A stretch of 64,000 nt of DNA from an uncultured Candidatus Rokubacteria bacterium (GTDB lineage: Bacteria; Methylomirabilota; Methylomirabilia; Rokubacteriales; CSP1-6), in assembly GCA_963762145.1 (NCBI GenBank), contig CAVXJS010000009.1:32001-96000 (forward strand), given 5' to 3'. Shown here one piece after another: positions 29,149 to 39,016 of this stretch (its first letter is position 1; each line of letters begins with the position of its first letter). The notes below the pieces were generated by a model, which saw only the letters and a program-made list of their open reading frames with translations, searched no databases and was not told the origin of the DNA. The translations under genes and the position numbers were made by a program.

Positions 29149-29793
29149 CTACGTCGACTTGCTCTCCATGTGGCGCGCCCCCTCCTTGGCCGCTTCCTCG
29201 GGGGTCTTCCCCTGCTGGCGCGCAACCATGTAGGCGGCGTACCAATCCGCCCAGTGGTGCTTCGGGGCGGTGGCTTCGTACTGTCCGTGGCCCTGCTCGG
29301 TTTCGCGCAGGAGATCGGTCAGCGTCGCGACGTCGAAGCTGCTCAGCCCGCGCCCAGGAAGCCGGGTGGTGACCTCCTGCACCATCCAGCCGTTGCCGTC
29401 GGGATCGCTGAACGAGATCCACGAGCTGTAGGAGCGCCGCTCCGGGTCCGGGCCCGGCAAGCGTCCCTCAGTCCCGGTGACACGGAGAGTGCCGTCAAAA
29501 TGGAAGACCTCGCTCGGGTCGGCGCCGTGCGCCGCGAGCTCGGCGCGCGCGGCCTGGATGTCGTCGACGATGAGGAGCGTTCCTTGAACCGAGCCCGGCG
29601 CGGCGGTCGTGAGGCCCTTCCCGATGAAGATGGAGCACGGTGAGCCTGGGGGCGTCAGCTGCACGACACGCCAATCGCCCTTGGCAAAATCCGCGTCGAC
29701 CCGCCACCCCAGGCCCTCGTAGAAGCGTTTGGCGCGATCGACATCGGACACCGGGATCGTGACGACCTCGAGCTTCGTTTCGACCCTGCTCAT
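29149..29793 (-). CDS. VOC/glyoxalase family protein with C-terminal extension
   Basis: IPVSDVDRAKRFY, QLTPPGSPCSI, FSDPDGNGWMVQE. Confidence 0.92.
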   Translation of the reverse strand: MSRVETKLEVVTIPVSDVDRAKRFYEGLGWRVDADFAKGDWRVVQLTPPGSPCSIFIGKGLTTAAPGSVQGTLLIVDDIQAARAELAAHGADPSEVFHFDGTLRVTGTEGRLPGPDPERRSYSSWISFSDPDGNGWMVQEVTTRLPGRGLSSFDVATLTDLLRETEQGHGQYEATAPKHHWADWYAAYMVARQQGKTPEEAAKEGARHMESKST

Positions 29794-29929
29794 CGTGACC
29801 TCTCCTTATTTTGGCGTTCATGCGACCTTCGCGTCGCACCGCACGCAGCCTAAACTTTCGCGTGCGTCCCCGCAAGACCGCTCACGATCCTGATCGTGGG
29901 CGTCGCGCTGACCACCTAGCGCGCATCTT

Positions 29930-29984
29930 GGGCTGACCAAACGTGACGGCCGGTGCTGCAGCGGCCGATCAGGTGATCGAGTAA
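29930..29984 (+). pseudogene. 3' remnant of an ABC substrate-binding gene
   Basis: GCCGATCAGGTGATCGAGTAA (ADQVIE*) matches the end of 11001..11993. Confidence 0.55.
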
Positions 29985-29993
29985 GCTAGCGCC

Positions 29994-30392
29994 ATGGCCA
30001 TGAAGGTGCTGGTGGTCGAGGACAACGACGATGTCCGGGCGATAGTGGGCGCGGTCCTACGCATGGACCCAGGGATCACCCTGTTTGAAGCCGCTAATGG
30101 CAGCGACGCTGTCGACATCGCAGGCCGCGAGCGGCCTCAAGTCGTGGTCACGGACATCATGATGCCGGAGATGGACGGCCTCGAAGCGACGAAACGCATC
30201 AAGCTCGCTTGGCCAGAAACAAAGGTGATCGTGGTGACCGCGTTCACCCAGGGCGCGTACCGGGCAGCGGCATCGGAGAGGGGAGCAGATGCGTTTGTTG
30301 ACAAGGTGGACGTGGGTAGAGTGCTGCTCCCGCTAATCCACGCACTTACCGGGACTGCCTCCCCGCCTCCGCATACCGGACATAGTCAATGA
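29994..30392 (+). CDS. Single-domain response regulator (same subfamily as 9290 and 10149)
   Basis: VLVVEDND...RERPQVVVTDIMMP...AYRAAASERGADAFVDK. Confidence 0.9.
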   Translation: MAMKVLVVEDNDDVRAIVGAVLRMDPGITLFEAANGSDAVDIAGRERPQVVVTDIMMPEMDGLEATKRIKLAWPETKVIVVTAFTQGAYRAAASERGADAFVDKVDVGRVLLPLIHALTGTASPPPHTGHSQ

Positions 30393-30403
30393 ACGTCAGG
30401 AAG

Positions 30404-30726
30404 CTAATTTGCCCGCTCGTGGATGCACGCGAGATACGTCTGCCGATAGACTGGCTCCTCACCAATGGGTGCAATCCCAAGCTGGGAAGGGGACGTACCC
30501 GACTGGGTACTGTCGGTCACCCGCCCACCGGTCGGGCTGCTCCCCGGCTGAGGAGGCGACGGAGGCGTGGTTCCGGCGCCTGGCTTTACCGGGCCGCCTT
30601 GCTAACTTGTGCCGACTTCTGGTCGCAGAAGTCCATATCCGCCCTGGTAGGCTGGGCTGCCAGAGCAGCACCTGTTATGGTTCCAACTGCGAGAGTCCCG
30701 GTCCCAACGAATCGCCAAAGCCTCAT
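30404..30726 (-). CDS. Secreted Pro/Ser-rich protein, one frameshift near 30590
   Basis: GAGGAG RBS. MRLWRF...AALAAQPTRADMDFCDQKS, then ...YRQTYLACIHERAN* in a shifted frame. Confidence 0.55.
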
Positions 30727-30905
30727 GGCTTGCACTCCTCTCGACTCGAACGTTCAAAGATGAGCGCATATTCCGTTCCAATCGAGAAGCTCGCCCTGAC
30801 GGGCTCTTTTCGGGCTTCTGACCGACTGAGAGGTAAGCCTTACGTAGAAAGAATGGGGCGGGAGATATCAATTCCCCGGAGCCCCCTTCGGGCTCTAGGC
30901 TGACG

Positions 30906-31199
30906 CTACCAGGCGCGGGGTGGCCCCGTCGTGCTCCTTCTTCGCGGTGGCGGTTGCCTCAGAGCCGCAGATTCCTCGCGCCAGAGCGTGTAGCAATCAG
31001 GATGCGCCAGACCGAAGACGCCCGGGCCTTCGACTTCCCGCTCTAACGTGGGCGAGTCTATCGGTTGGTTGCAGACGTGGCATGGTCGGCCAGTCCCGCG
31101 ACGTATCGAGGAGATGCCAGTCGCGAGGAACAGGGCGTGGGTAGACAGCTGGGCACGGACCAGACTCCTCAGCTCTTCGCGGAGCGCTAGAGCTATCAT
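30906..31199 (-). CDS. Zinc-finger microprotein (copy 7)
   Basis: IRRGTGRPCHVC-x22-HPDCYTLWREES. Closest to copy 1. Confidence 0.8.
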   Translation of the reverse strand: MIALALREELRSLVRAQLSTHALFLATGISSIRRGTGRPCHVCNQPIDSPTLEREVEGPGVFGLAHPDCYTLWREESAALRQPPPRRRSTTGPPRAW

Positions 31200-31360
31200 G
31201 ACTGTCCCGCCTTACCCCTCTCGAACTCCCACGCCGCGAAGCACCGAATGTGGACGTGGAACTTGTCGAGGCCGGGATTGCTGCCGTCGTGGCTACCAGG
31301 GAGCTTACCGTTCTGGATGGCATCTTTGGCTTGCTCGCGTAGACGTGCTTCGTCCGGCAC
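31196..31360 (-). pseudogene. Internally deleted zinc-finger microprotein (paralog of 8928..9185)
   Basis: Manual translation VPDEARLREQAKDAIQNGKLPGSHDGSNPGLDKFHVHIRCFAAWEFERGKAGQS*; the CxxC segment is missing. Confidence 0.8.
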
Positions 31361-31686
31361 GGCTGGCTCCCTCTCGGCGCTGAACAGGTCGTAGCGGAGC
31401 CAGATCCACGCGGGTGGGACGTCACGGTGCGTCTACCAGCAACCCTATGGAAGGCATCTGAAGCGTACCACCAACCGAAGAGGACTGTTCAGGGCGAGCG
31501 AGAGCGCGTCAACGAGCGTGAAGTCACGGCCGCCCGGTCGCGCGTGGGACGTCAGCGCCCGAGCCCCGTCCGCGACGGACGGCGCGCTCGATGTTCATGC
31601 GGGTCAGACCGAGATCCGCGATCATGCCAAGGCTACCTGGCTTGAGCGTCAACTCGGCGAGAACGCCGCTCTCATTGATCGGCGCG

Positions 31687-32246
31687 TTAGTGATTGACCC
31701 TCGTGATCTTCGAGCCCTGGATTCCGACCCCCGCCATGAGTCCCTTCTGGTCGAAGACAAAAGCGTAGACGTCGCTTTGGACCGTAGTCGTCGTGAGATT
31801 CCTGGCGACACCGACGTCGACGACGACGATGCTCGGGCCGACGCCAAGCTCCCAGCCGCCGCTCGTGTCCAGATACTGGACGGCCGGTTCGGCATTAGGA
31901 ACATCGCATAGCCGAACGTCTGCACGCCCGCCTGGAAACCGTACGAGCCGGCGACGCTCCGGTAGTTGGCGACCCTTCGGTCGCCCCGGAACAGCGTGCC
32001 CTCTCCAAACTGCGCGCCGAAGAGGAATCCGGCCTTCACGATGTTCGGGAACACGAGGATGCCCGCGGCCTTCGCACCCAGCGCTCGTGCCGCCGGCGAG
32101 CCCTCATATAATGAGCGCAACGCCGCCGCGGCGTCGTCGTCGAGTTCGTCCGCCCAGGCCGGTCGGGTCGAGGCCAAGCACATGAGCGCGGTAATGGCCG
32201 GCACCAAGACAAACACAAGACCAATGAACCGAGCGTGCTTCCACAT
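31687..32246 (-). CDS. Ysc84/SYLF lipid-binding family protein, frameshift near 31890
   Basis: GILVFPNIVKAGFLFGAQFGEG, SYGFQAG, then GWELGVGPSIVVVD...QKGLMAG in a shifted frame. Confidence 0.85.
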
Positions 32247-32619
32247 ATCCTTTTCTCCCTGTCAGTTTTCTTTGGATCAACGATCGCTCGGGCGGCATCC
32301 AACCATGGACTGCGTCTAGGTTGAGGGGTGTTCAGCCGGGTCGACCAGCGCGAAGCTCGAGCGCTACACCGCGGGAATCTCGACCCACCGGGGAAGAGTC
32401 GGGTAAAGATCTCTGCCAAAGCTGTCGAGGGCTCATAGACGTGATCATGTAGCGGCCATCTTACGGAGGTGTCTATGGGACTTCGGTCGTAGACTAGGAG
32501 GTATATCGGGTCGACGGAATGCGCAGGATGAAGCATGGAGTTAGAACATTGGCGCTTAAGCTGGTCGGTCGTCCGGCGATACTCAACTGGAAACCTCTAG
32601 ACCAATAGGTGACCACAAC

Positions 32620-33000
32620 ATGCTCAACTTCGTTCCTGACGCACAGCGGTTATCTGAAATATTCTCGAACGCGATAGCCCCCACGTTTTTCCTCGGTGCA
32701 GTTGCGGCGTTTGTTTCGCTCATGACTTTGGGGCTGTCAACCGTCATTGAGCGTATTCGGACGCTAAACGGGATAGCCGATGAGGACCACACACGAGCCC
32801 GCCTCAAGGTCGATCTTGAGCGCTTGAGGCGCCGCGCTCGCTTCTTGAACAGTGGCATCCTCGCAGCTTTGCGCGGTGGCGTTTGTGCCACTCTTCTTCT
32901 CGCTATCATGTTTATCACCGGATTTCTGGGGATAACACACGCCTATGGCGCCGGATTGCTTTTCATCATTGCTACAGCCTTTCTCGGCTTCGCGTTGCGG
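32620..33000 (+). pseudogene. DUF2721-like membrane protein, 3' truncated
   Basis: AIAPTFFLGAVAAFVSLM...RLRRRARFLN. The homology-like pattern stops after FLGFAL and the ORF runs on into the opposite-strand gene. Lower GC. Confidence 0.6.
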
Positions 33001-33207
33001 ACGGCCGGTCGGCTCTTGGGGCGGCCAGCGTCCGAGTCGCGGGGCGACCGCCGCAGGAGGGTGCTAATGTTTCCTACGCTCCGTGGTGGTGACCCGGGGG
33101 GTCTGCAGCATGGTGTGGGTTCCAGCTGGCGGGCAAGGCGGTCGCTTGAACGCGCCGCTTGGCGAAGCAGATATGTCAGCCGGCTGACCGGCAACTCGGT
33201 CACTGAC

Positions 33208-33840
33208 TTAGCGTCGAGCGCCCCAGGTGTTCCAATGAGTACGCTCCCGAGCCGGAACCCGTTTCGCCGGCTTGAAGTCGTCACCCGTGAAATAGGCAAC
33301 GGGCAGGCAAACGCTCGGTGTCAGGTTCTCGGGAAGCTGAAGGATTTCGGCGACCTCCTTTTCATAGGTGAAGACAATCGTGGTCCACGCGGCCCCCACC
33401 CCGCGCGCTCGAAGCGCCAGCATCAGTGACCAGGCGATCGGAAGAATGTTTCCGTACAGGCCAGCCAGGCGCTCGGGCGACCGGTTCTCGGGGCGACCCT
33501 CCGTGCACGCGATGATCAGGGCAGGCGCGTCCTCAAAATGATCGTGTAGAGCGATCCATGAGGCGGTGTCACGGGGCTGGGTCTGCATGCCTTCGGCAAT
33601 GGCCTCCGGCGGGTAGAACTGGACGAACGCCCTTCTGTAGAGGTCCGCGAGTGCTCGCCGCTTGGCTGCATCGGTGACGACGATGAACTGATAGCGGCAG
33701 TTCCCGCTGCCTTGGGGTGCCTGAACAGCTATCTCCAGGCACTCCTCGATGAGCTCGGGAGGCACAAGACGTGTCAGGTCGAGGCGGGCCCGGACCGATC
33801 GTGTCGTCGTGAGCAGCTTGTCCACCGTTGCGAGATCCAT
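33208..33840 (-). CDS. Nitroreductase family protein
   Basis: LLTTTRSVR, QAPQGSG, WSLMLALRARGVGAAWTT. Confidence 0.92.
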   Translation of the reverse strand: MDLATVDKLLTTTRSVRARLDLTRLVPPELIEECLEIAVQAPQGSGNCRYQFIVVTDAAKRRALADLYRRAFVQFYPPEAIAEGMQTQPRDTASWIALHDHFEDAPALIIACTEGRPENRSPERLAGLYGNILPIAWSLMLALRARGVGAAWTTIVFTYEKEVAEILQLPENLTPSVCLPVAYFTGDDFKPAKRVPARERTHWNTWGARR

Positions 33841-33896
33841 CGTCCCCTCCCCCCAGAGACTCTCTCAGTTTCAAGCACCGGCCGCGCCGTCTGGAC

Positions 33897-34553
33897 CTAG
33901 CGCTGCTGTCCCCAGCCGTCCCAGTACGTCCGGGCACGAGCCGGGATCCTCGGCCCCGGCTTGAAGGTCGTGCCGGTGTAGTACGCCACGCCAAGGTGGA
34001 CCACCTGAGTCACGTCATCGGGGATCCCGAGCAGGGCCGCCACCTCCTTCTCGTGATAGAGGTGAAGCGTCGTCCACGCCGTGCCGAGGCCGCGGGAGCG
34101 CAGCGCCAGCATCAGGGACCACGCCGCGGGCAAGATGCTGCCATATCGGGTAGCTTGCCGAAAGGTGCCCGCTGTCTCGAAGCGACTCTCGACACAGGGG
34201 ATGATGTGGACTGGCACTTCGCCCAGGTGGTCGGCGAGGTAGCTGGCAGAGTTCTGTTGAGTCGCCGAGCGCTGCTGGTACACGGGCAGGCCTGGGTCCC
34301 CTGCGCCGGAGAGGGGCGCGTGCTCCTGGTGGAAGACCTTCCTGTAGATGGCGCCGATGGCCGCGCGCTTCACCGGATCGGTGACCACGACGAAGTGATA
34401 CCGGTTCTGGTTTCCGCCGTTCGGCGCTTGGATAGCAAGCTCGAGGCACTCTTGAATCACCGCAGGCTCCACCGGCCGCCTCAGGTCCAGGCGCTTCCGG
34501 ACCGTCCTCGTCGTGGTCAACAGCTGATCGACGGTCGCGCGGTCCATATGCAC
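33897..34553 (-). CDS. Nitroreductase family protein (tandem paralog)
   Basis: LLTTTRTVRK, QAPNGGNQN, WSLMLALRSRGLGTAWTT. Confidence 0.92.
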   Translation of the reverse strand: MHMDRATVDQLLTTTRTVRKRLDLRRPVEPAVIQECLELAIQAPNGGNQNRYHFVVVTDPVKRAAIGAIYRKVFHQEHAPLSGAGDPGLPVYQQRSATQQNSASYLADHLGEVPVHIIPCVESRFETAGTFRQATRYGSILPAAWSLMLALRSRGLGTAWTTLHLYHEKEVAALLGIPDDVTQVVHLGVAYYTGTTFKPGPRIPARARTYWDGWGQQR

Positions 34554-34660
34554 TCTCCTCCGAGTGTGTGTTGCTCGGTGAGCCTCGGGCGCCAGCAGGC
34601 GGGATTGTAGCCGATCAGAAACACGGCGGGTGGGTCGAGGAGCCGGTCACGGCTCCCCAG

Positions 34661-35491
34661 TCATCCACCAGCCCGGCAGATGATCTCCGTCGGCGAGATG
34701 AGGCCGGCCTCGATAACGCTCACCATGTTGGCGATCTTCTGGGGGGTCGTCGCACCCATGAGGAGATGCAGCCCGAGGGGCGGCGCGCCGCTCTGCGTGA
34801 TGCGCGCGCGCAGTTCCCGGAAGAACGTGATCGCGAACTCGCGGCGGCTGCGCTGGGCGAGCACCTCGAAGCCCGCGGCGGCCAGTAGCCGGGCGTAGGT
34901 AGCGCTCGATTCGACGAAGCTCGTCTCCGAGCTCCCGGCCCACGGCACCGGGTAGGTGAGGGCGCCCTCACCCTCCCGCATCACATCGTAGACGCCGAAC
35001 ACCCCCCGCGGCTTGAGCACCTGTCGCACCTGTGCGAACAGAGCGGCTTTGTCGGCGATGTTCATCCCGACGTGGAGCATGTAAGCGCCGTCGAAGGTAC
35101 CAGCGGGGAAGGGCAGGGCGAGCGCGCTGCCGTGCCGGTACGAGACCCGGCCAGCGAGGCCGGTCCGCTCCGACAGCGCCTGCGCGACCCGGACGTATTC
35201 CTCGGTGAGGTCGATGCCGGTGACCGTGCAGCCAAGCACGTGCGCGAAGTAGCGAGAGGCCCCGCCAAGCCCCGAGCCGATGTCGAGCAGGTGCATGCCC
35301 CGGGTGACGCGAAGCTCGGCGGCGAAGTCGACCGTCGCCTGGCGGCCGCCAATGTGGAACTCGTCCACCGGGGCGAGATCGCCTGGCTCGAGCCGGTCTG
35401 GGTCCTTGCCCGCCCCTCGGAGCGCGTCGAGCACCGTACGCTCGAGCGCCCCGTGCGTGTAATGCTGCGCCACTGTCTCTTCGGTTCCCAT
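34661..35491 (-). CDS. Class I SAM-dependent methyltransferase
   Basis: DEFHIGGR, LDIGSGLGG, GIDLT, LHVGMNI. Confidence 0.92.
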   Translation of the reverse strand: MGTEETVAQHYTHGALERTVLDALRGAGKDPDRLEPGDLAPVDEFHIGGRQATVDFAAELRVTRGMHLLDIGSGLGGASRYFAHVLGCTVTGIDLTEEYVRVAQALSERTGLAGRVSYRHGSALALPFPAGTFDGAYMLHVGMNIADKAALFAQVRQVLKPRGVFGVYDVMREGEGALTYPVPWAGSSETSFVESSATYARLLAAAGFEVLAQRSRREFAITFFRELRARITQSGAPPLGLHLLMGATTPQKIANMVSVIEAGLISPTEIICRAGG

Positions 35492-35713
35492 GAACTCCCC
35501 CGTTAGCTGATACGTCGCGATCCTGAGGAGCGAGGTATTCACACCCTTAAGGGCGTCCCGGGTGAGTGGCGCCTCTACGCGCTCGGCGCTGCCCGGGTCG
35601 GTGCGGCCTGATTCACACGCGCCTCTCGGTGCACTGACCCCCGCCCCGATTTGCCGCTCCGGGGCGCGGCTCTTGGGAGCCGCTCCTGCCCGGGAAGGTC
35701 GTACCAACTGTGT

Positions 35714-35792
35714 TGGTGACCCCGGCGGGATTCGAACCCGCGATCTCGACCTTGAAAGGGTCGCGTCCTTGGCCAGGCTAGACGACGGGGTC
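35714..35792 (-). tRNA. tRNA-Glu(TTC)
   Basis: Cloverleaf: GACCCCG/CGGGGTC acceptor stem, CGACC-CTTTCAA-GGTCG anticodon arm, GGTTCGAATCC, 3' CCA. Confidence 0.97.
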
Positions 35793-38108
35793 CCTGGGCC
35801 TATCGTGGAAGGAACAGCGGCATGATAGCAGGCGGCCCGGGGCGCGACAACCGGCGGCGGGGGATCGAAGCTGGCGCGGGTCGGGAAACGCGATGAAGAA
35901 GGTGCTCCCCTGGCCGGGCGCGGACTCGGCCCAGGCACGACCACCGTGGCGCTCCGCGACCTTGCGGACGATGGCGAGGCCGACCCCGGTGCCCGGATAG
36001 TCTTCCTGGCGGTGCAGCCGCTCGAAGATCCCGAAGATGCGGTCGTGATACTGCATGTCGAAGCCGACGCCGCGGTCGGCGACCGAGACCAGCACCGCGC
36101 CGGCCTCGCGGTACGAGCGCACCGTGATGGTGCCGCCCTGCGCCGGACTGAACTTGACCGCGTTCGAGAGCAGATTGGCCACCGCCTCCTGCAACCCCTG
36201 CCGCTCGCTCATGATCTCCGGCACGGCCAGGTCCAGGGTCACGATCAGGCCGCGGGCCGCGATCTCGCCCGCCAGGTCTTCCAGCATCGGATCCAGGAGT
36301 GGCTTGAGAGCGACGGGCCGGCGCTCGATCGCGCGCTGCTGGATGCGCGAGTACTGCAGGAGGTCGTCGATGAGATCGGCCATCCGCTCGGACGCGGCGC
36401 GGATCCGCGAGAGGAACTGCCGCCCCGGCTCGTCGAGCCGGTCCGCGTAGTCTTCCTCGAGCGCCTGGGCGAAGCCGGCCATGCCGCGCAGCGGGGCCTT
36501 CAGATCGTGCGACACGGTGTGCGTGAATGCCTCGAGCTCGCGGTTGGCCCCTTCGAGCTCGCGGGTGCGCTCCTCGACACGCGCTTCGAGCTCCACCGTG
36601 TGCCGCTTCACCTGCTCGAGCAGCCGCGCCTGCACGATCGCGATCGCGAGCTGGGTCGCCACCTCCCGGGCGATGTCAACCTGCTCGTCCGGGAAATGCG
36701 ACTGCTCGCCGCCGAAGCTGACCGAGCCGATCAGCTGATCGCCAACGACCATCGGCACCACCATGTACACGAGGACCCCGGAGGCGCGGAGGGCGTCGGT
36801 CTCCGGGCCGGGCGGCAGGGTGTCGACGGCGATCACCTGGGACTCGCCGCGCCGGAGGGCCTCGAGGTCCCCCGCGAAGCGCAGCGGATAGCGTACGCCG
36901 GGGCCCACGTGCATCCGGTGGCGGCCGACGGCGGCCAGCCACTCGACCTCTCCCGCTTCCCAGTCGAACAGGTTCACGATCGCGCGCGGGACCCCGAGGA
37001 GGTCCCGGAGGCGCCAGAGGACCGCCTCCGCGATGGCCACCGGGGCGGTCTCGGTGATGATGGCGCGGTCGATCTCGTGCAGGAGCCGCAGGCGCTCTGC
37101 CTGCTTGGCCACCGCCTCCTGCGTCTGGGCCGTGCTGAGCGCGATGGCGGCCTGGTCGGCGAAGGCCTGCAGGAGGGCGATCTCGCGCTCGGCGAAGACG
37201 CGGGGAGCCGGGCTGCCCACGGAGAGCACACCGATGACCTTGCCGGCCACGCGCAGGGGCACCGCGATGCCGGCCACGATCCCGACGGCGATGTTGCGCT
37301 CGCGAATCGCCGTGTCGACGGTAAACCGCTCGTCGCTGCGGATGTCGCCCGTCCACATGGGGCGCCCTTCCACGAAGGCCCGCCCGACGAGGCCGATCCC
37401 GGCGGGCACGAAGTCGCCGGTGGCTCCGTACTCCCGGGCCCGGCCCCCAAGCGCGATGGCGCTGAGCCGACCGTCCGCACGAAGGAGGCGGATCGCCGAG
37501 CTGTGGACGCCCAGCAGGCCGAGCACGCCATCGGCGATGCGCTGGCCCGCCGCGGCGACGTCGAGCCGCTCGCTGACCAGGCGGGCAACCCGGGCCAGCT
37601 CCTCGCTCTCCTGACGCTGCCGCGCGAGCCCCGCCCCGAGGCGCGCGTTCTCGAGCACGAGCGCCATCTGCTCCGCGAGGCTCGACAGCAGGACCATGTC
37701 CGATTCGGTGAAGCGCTGGCCGGTCAAGGTGGCCAGGACCAGGCTCCCGGCGGCCGCGCCGGCGGTCGGGACCGGGACCGCGGCCAGGGCGCCCAGACCC
37801 CCGCGCGCGATCGCGGTACGCGCGGTCGGATCGAGCGTGAGATCGCGCTCGGCGAGCACGTCGGGGGTACAGAGGGCTCGGCCCGCGCGGCACGCGCGCT
37901 CGCCGAAGGCGAGCTCCGCAGCCGCTCCGCCGGATGCCTCCGACAGGGTATCCTCGGCGGGGACCGTCACCCCGGTCAGCGGGGCCGGATCGGGCTCGAG
38001 CCGCCAGACGAGGCGCGCGCGACGGGCGCCGAGGAGCCGCATCGCGGACGTCGCGATGCGCTCGGCGGCCCGGACGACGTCGACCGCGTCATCCGGCAAC
38101 GGCCCCAT
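35778..38108 (-). CDS. Multi-GAF sensor histidine kinase (true stop probably near 35870)
   Basis: Three GAF-like domains, SHDLKAPLR, NAVKFS, FERLH, GTGVGL. The ORF tail overlaps the tRNA promoter. Confidence 0.9.
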   Translation of the reverse strand: MGPLPDDAVDVVRAAERIATSAMRLLGARRARLVWRLEPDPAPLTGVTVPAEDTLSEASGGAAAELAFGERACRAGRALCTPDVLAERDLTLDPTARTAIARGGLGALAAVPVPTAGAAAGSLVLATLTGQRFTESDMVLLSSLAEQMALVLENARLGAGLARQRQESEELARVARLVSERLDVAAAGQRIADGVLGLLGVHSSAIRLLRADGRLSAIALGGRAREYGATGDFVPAGIGLVGRAFVEGRPMWTGDIRSDERFTVDTAIRERNIAVGIVAGIAVPLRVAGKVIGVLSVGSPAPRVFAEREIALLQAFADQAAIALSTAQTQEAVAKQAERLRLLHEIDRAIITETAPVAIAEAVLWRLRDLLGVPRAIVNLFDWEAGEVEWLAAVGRHRMHVGPGVRYPLRFAGDLEALRRGESQVIAVDTLPPGPETDALRASGVLVYMVVPMVVGDQLIGSVSFGGEQSHFPDEQVDIAREVATQLAIAIVQARLLEQVKRHTVELEARVEERTRELEGANRELEAFTHTVSHDLKAPLRGMAGFAQALEEDYADRLDEPGRQFLSRIRAASERMADLIDDLLQYSRIQQRAIERRPVALKPLLDPMLEDLAGEIAARGLIVTLDLAVPEIMSERQGLQEAVANLLSNAVKFSPAQGGTITVRSYREAGAVLVSVADRGVGFDMQYHDRIFGIFERLHRQEDYPGTGVGLAIVRKVAERHGGRAWAESAPGQGSTFFIAFPDPRQLRSPAAGCRAPGRLLSCRCSFHDRPRDPVV
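35822..35850 (-). promoter_or_regulatory. sigma70 promoter of tRNA-Glu
   Basis: TTGTCG-17 bp-TATCAT with an extended TGn. Confidence 0.7.
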
Positions 38109-38166
38109 GCATCAAGGGTACACCGACCGATGTTTTCTCTGCGCCGGCGGCGCGAAGGAGGACTGC

Positions 38167-39009
38167 GTGACGAACATGGCCCGGCGCGTGGCGGAGAGCC
38201 ACCGCTTCCAGCACTTCATCCTCATGATCATCCTGATCACCGCGGTCATCGTCGGACTGGAGACGTCCGAGACGCTGGTGGCCGACTACGGCTGGCTTTT
38301 CGAGGTGGCGGACACGGTCGTCCAGACGATCTTCCTGATCGAGATCGCGGTCCGGCTCGTGGCCCACTGGCCCCGCCTCGGCCGGTTCTTCCAGGACGGC
38401 TGGAACGTCTTCGACCTGGTGGTGGTGGTCGCCGCGCTCATGCCCCAGGCCGGCGGGTTCGCGATGGTGGCTCGGCTCGCGCGGCTCATGCGGGTGACGC
38501 GGATCATCTCCGCCTTCCCGGAGCTCCGCCTCATCGTGAGCACGATGCTCCGGTCCATCCCGTCCATGGGCCACATCCTGATCATGCTGGGCCTGCTGCT
38601 CTACGTGTACGGCGTGATTGGATTCTACCTCTTCCGCGAGTACGATCCCGAGCACTGGGGCACGCTCGGGGCGGCGTTCCTGACCCTGTTCCAGATGGTC
38701 ACCCTGGAAGGCTGGGTGGAAATCCAGGCCGCGGTGCTGGGAGAGATGCCATTCGCGTGGGTGTACTTCACCAGCTTCGTGCTCGTCGCGGTGTTCGTCG
38801 TCGTGAACCTCTTCATCGCGGTGGTGCTGAACAATCTCGAGTCGGCCAAGATCGAGTTCCAGGCCGGAGAGGATCAGCGGAACCCGCAGCGGGCGCTGCT
38901 CGAGTCCATCGAGGTCGTGAAGGCGCGGCTCGAGGAGCTGGAGCGGGAGCTCCGGGCCGACCGCCCTGAAACCCCTCGCCCGGCCCTCTCCCCGAAAGGG
39001 AGAGGGTGA
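38167..39009 (+). CDS. Prokaryotic voltage-gated cation channel (BacNav/CavMr-like)
   Basis: WNVFDLVVV, S4 RLARLMRVTR, pore TLFQMVTLEGWVE, S6 VNLFIAVV, C-terminal coiled coil. AAGGAGG RBS. Confidence 0.93.
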   Translation: MTNMARRVAESHRFQHFILMIILITAVIVGLETSETLVADYGWLFEVADTVVQTIFLIEIAVRLVAHWPRLGRFFQDGWNVFDLVVVVAALMPQAGGFAMVARLARLMRVTRIISAFPELRLIVSTMLRSIPSMGHILIMLGLLLYVYGVIGFYLFREYDPEHWGTLGAAFLTLFQMVTLEGWVEIQAAVLGEMPFAWVYFTSFVLVAVFVVVNLFIAVVLNNLESAKIEFQAGEDQRNPQRALLESIEVVKARLEELERELRADRPETPRPALSPKGRG

Positions 39010-39016
39010 GAGCAGA

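Noticed and set aside
34661-35944. 427-aa methyltransferase spanning the tRNA
   Set aside because: The upstream extension crosses tRNA-Glu; the real start is 35491 with a GGGGAG RBS.
35946-38969. 1007-aa plus-strand ORF and similar long ORFs (3509..5431, 57212..59476, 61288..63492)
   Set aside because: Antisense or off-frame shadows of real genes in high-GC DNA, with no recognisable motifs.
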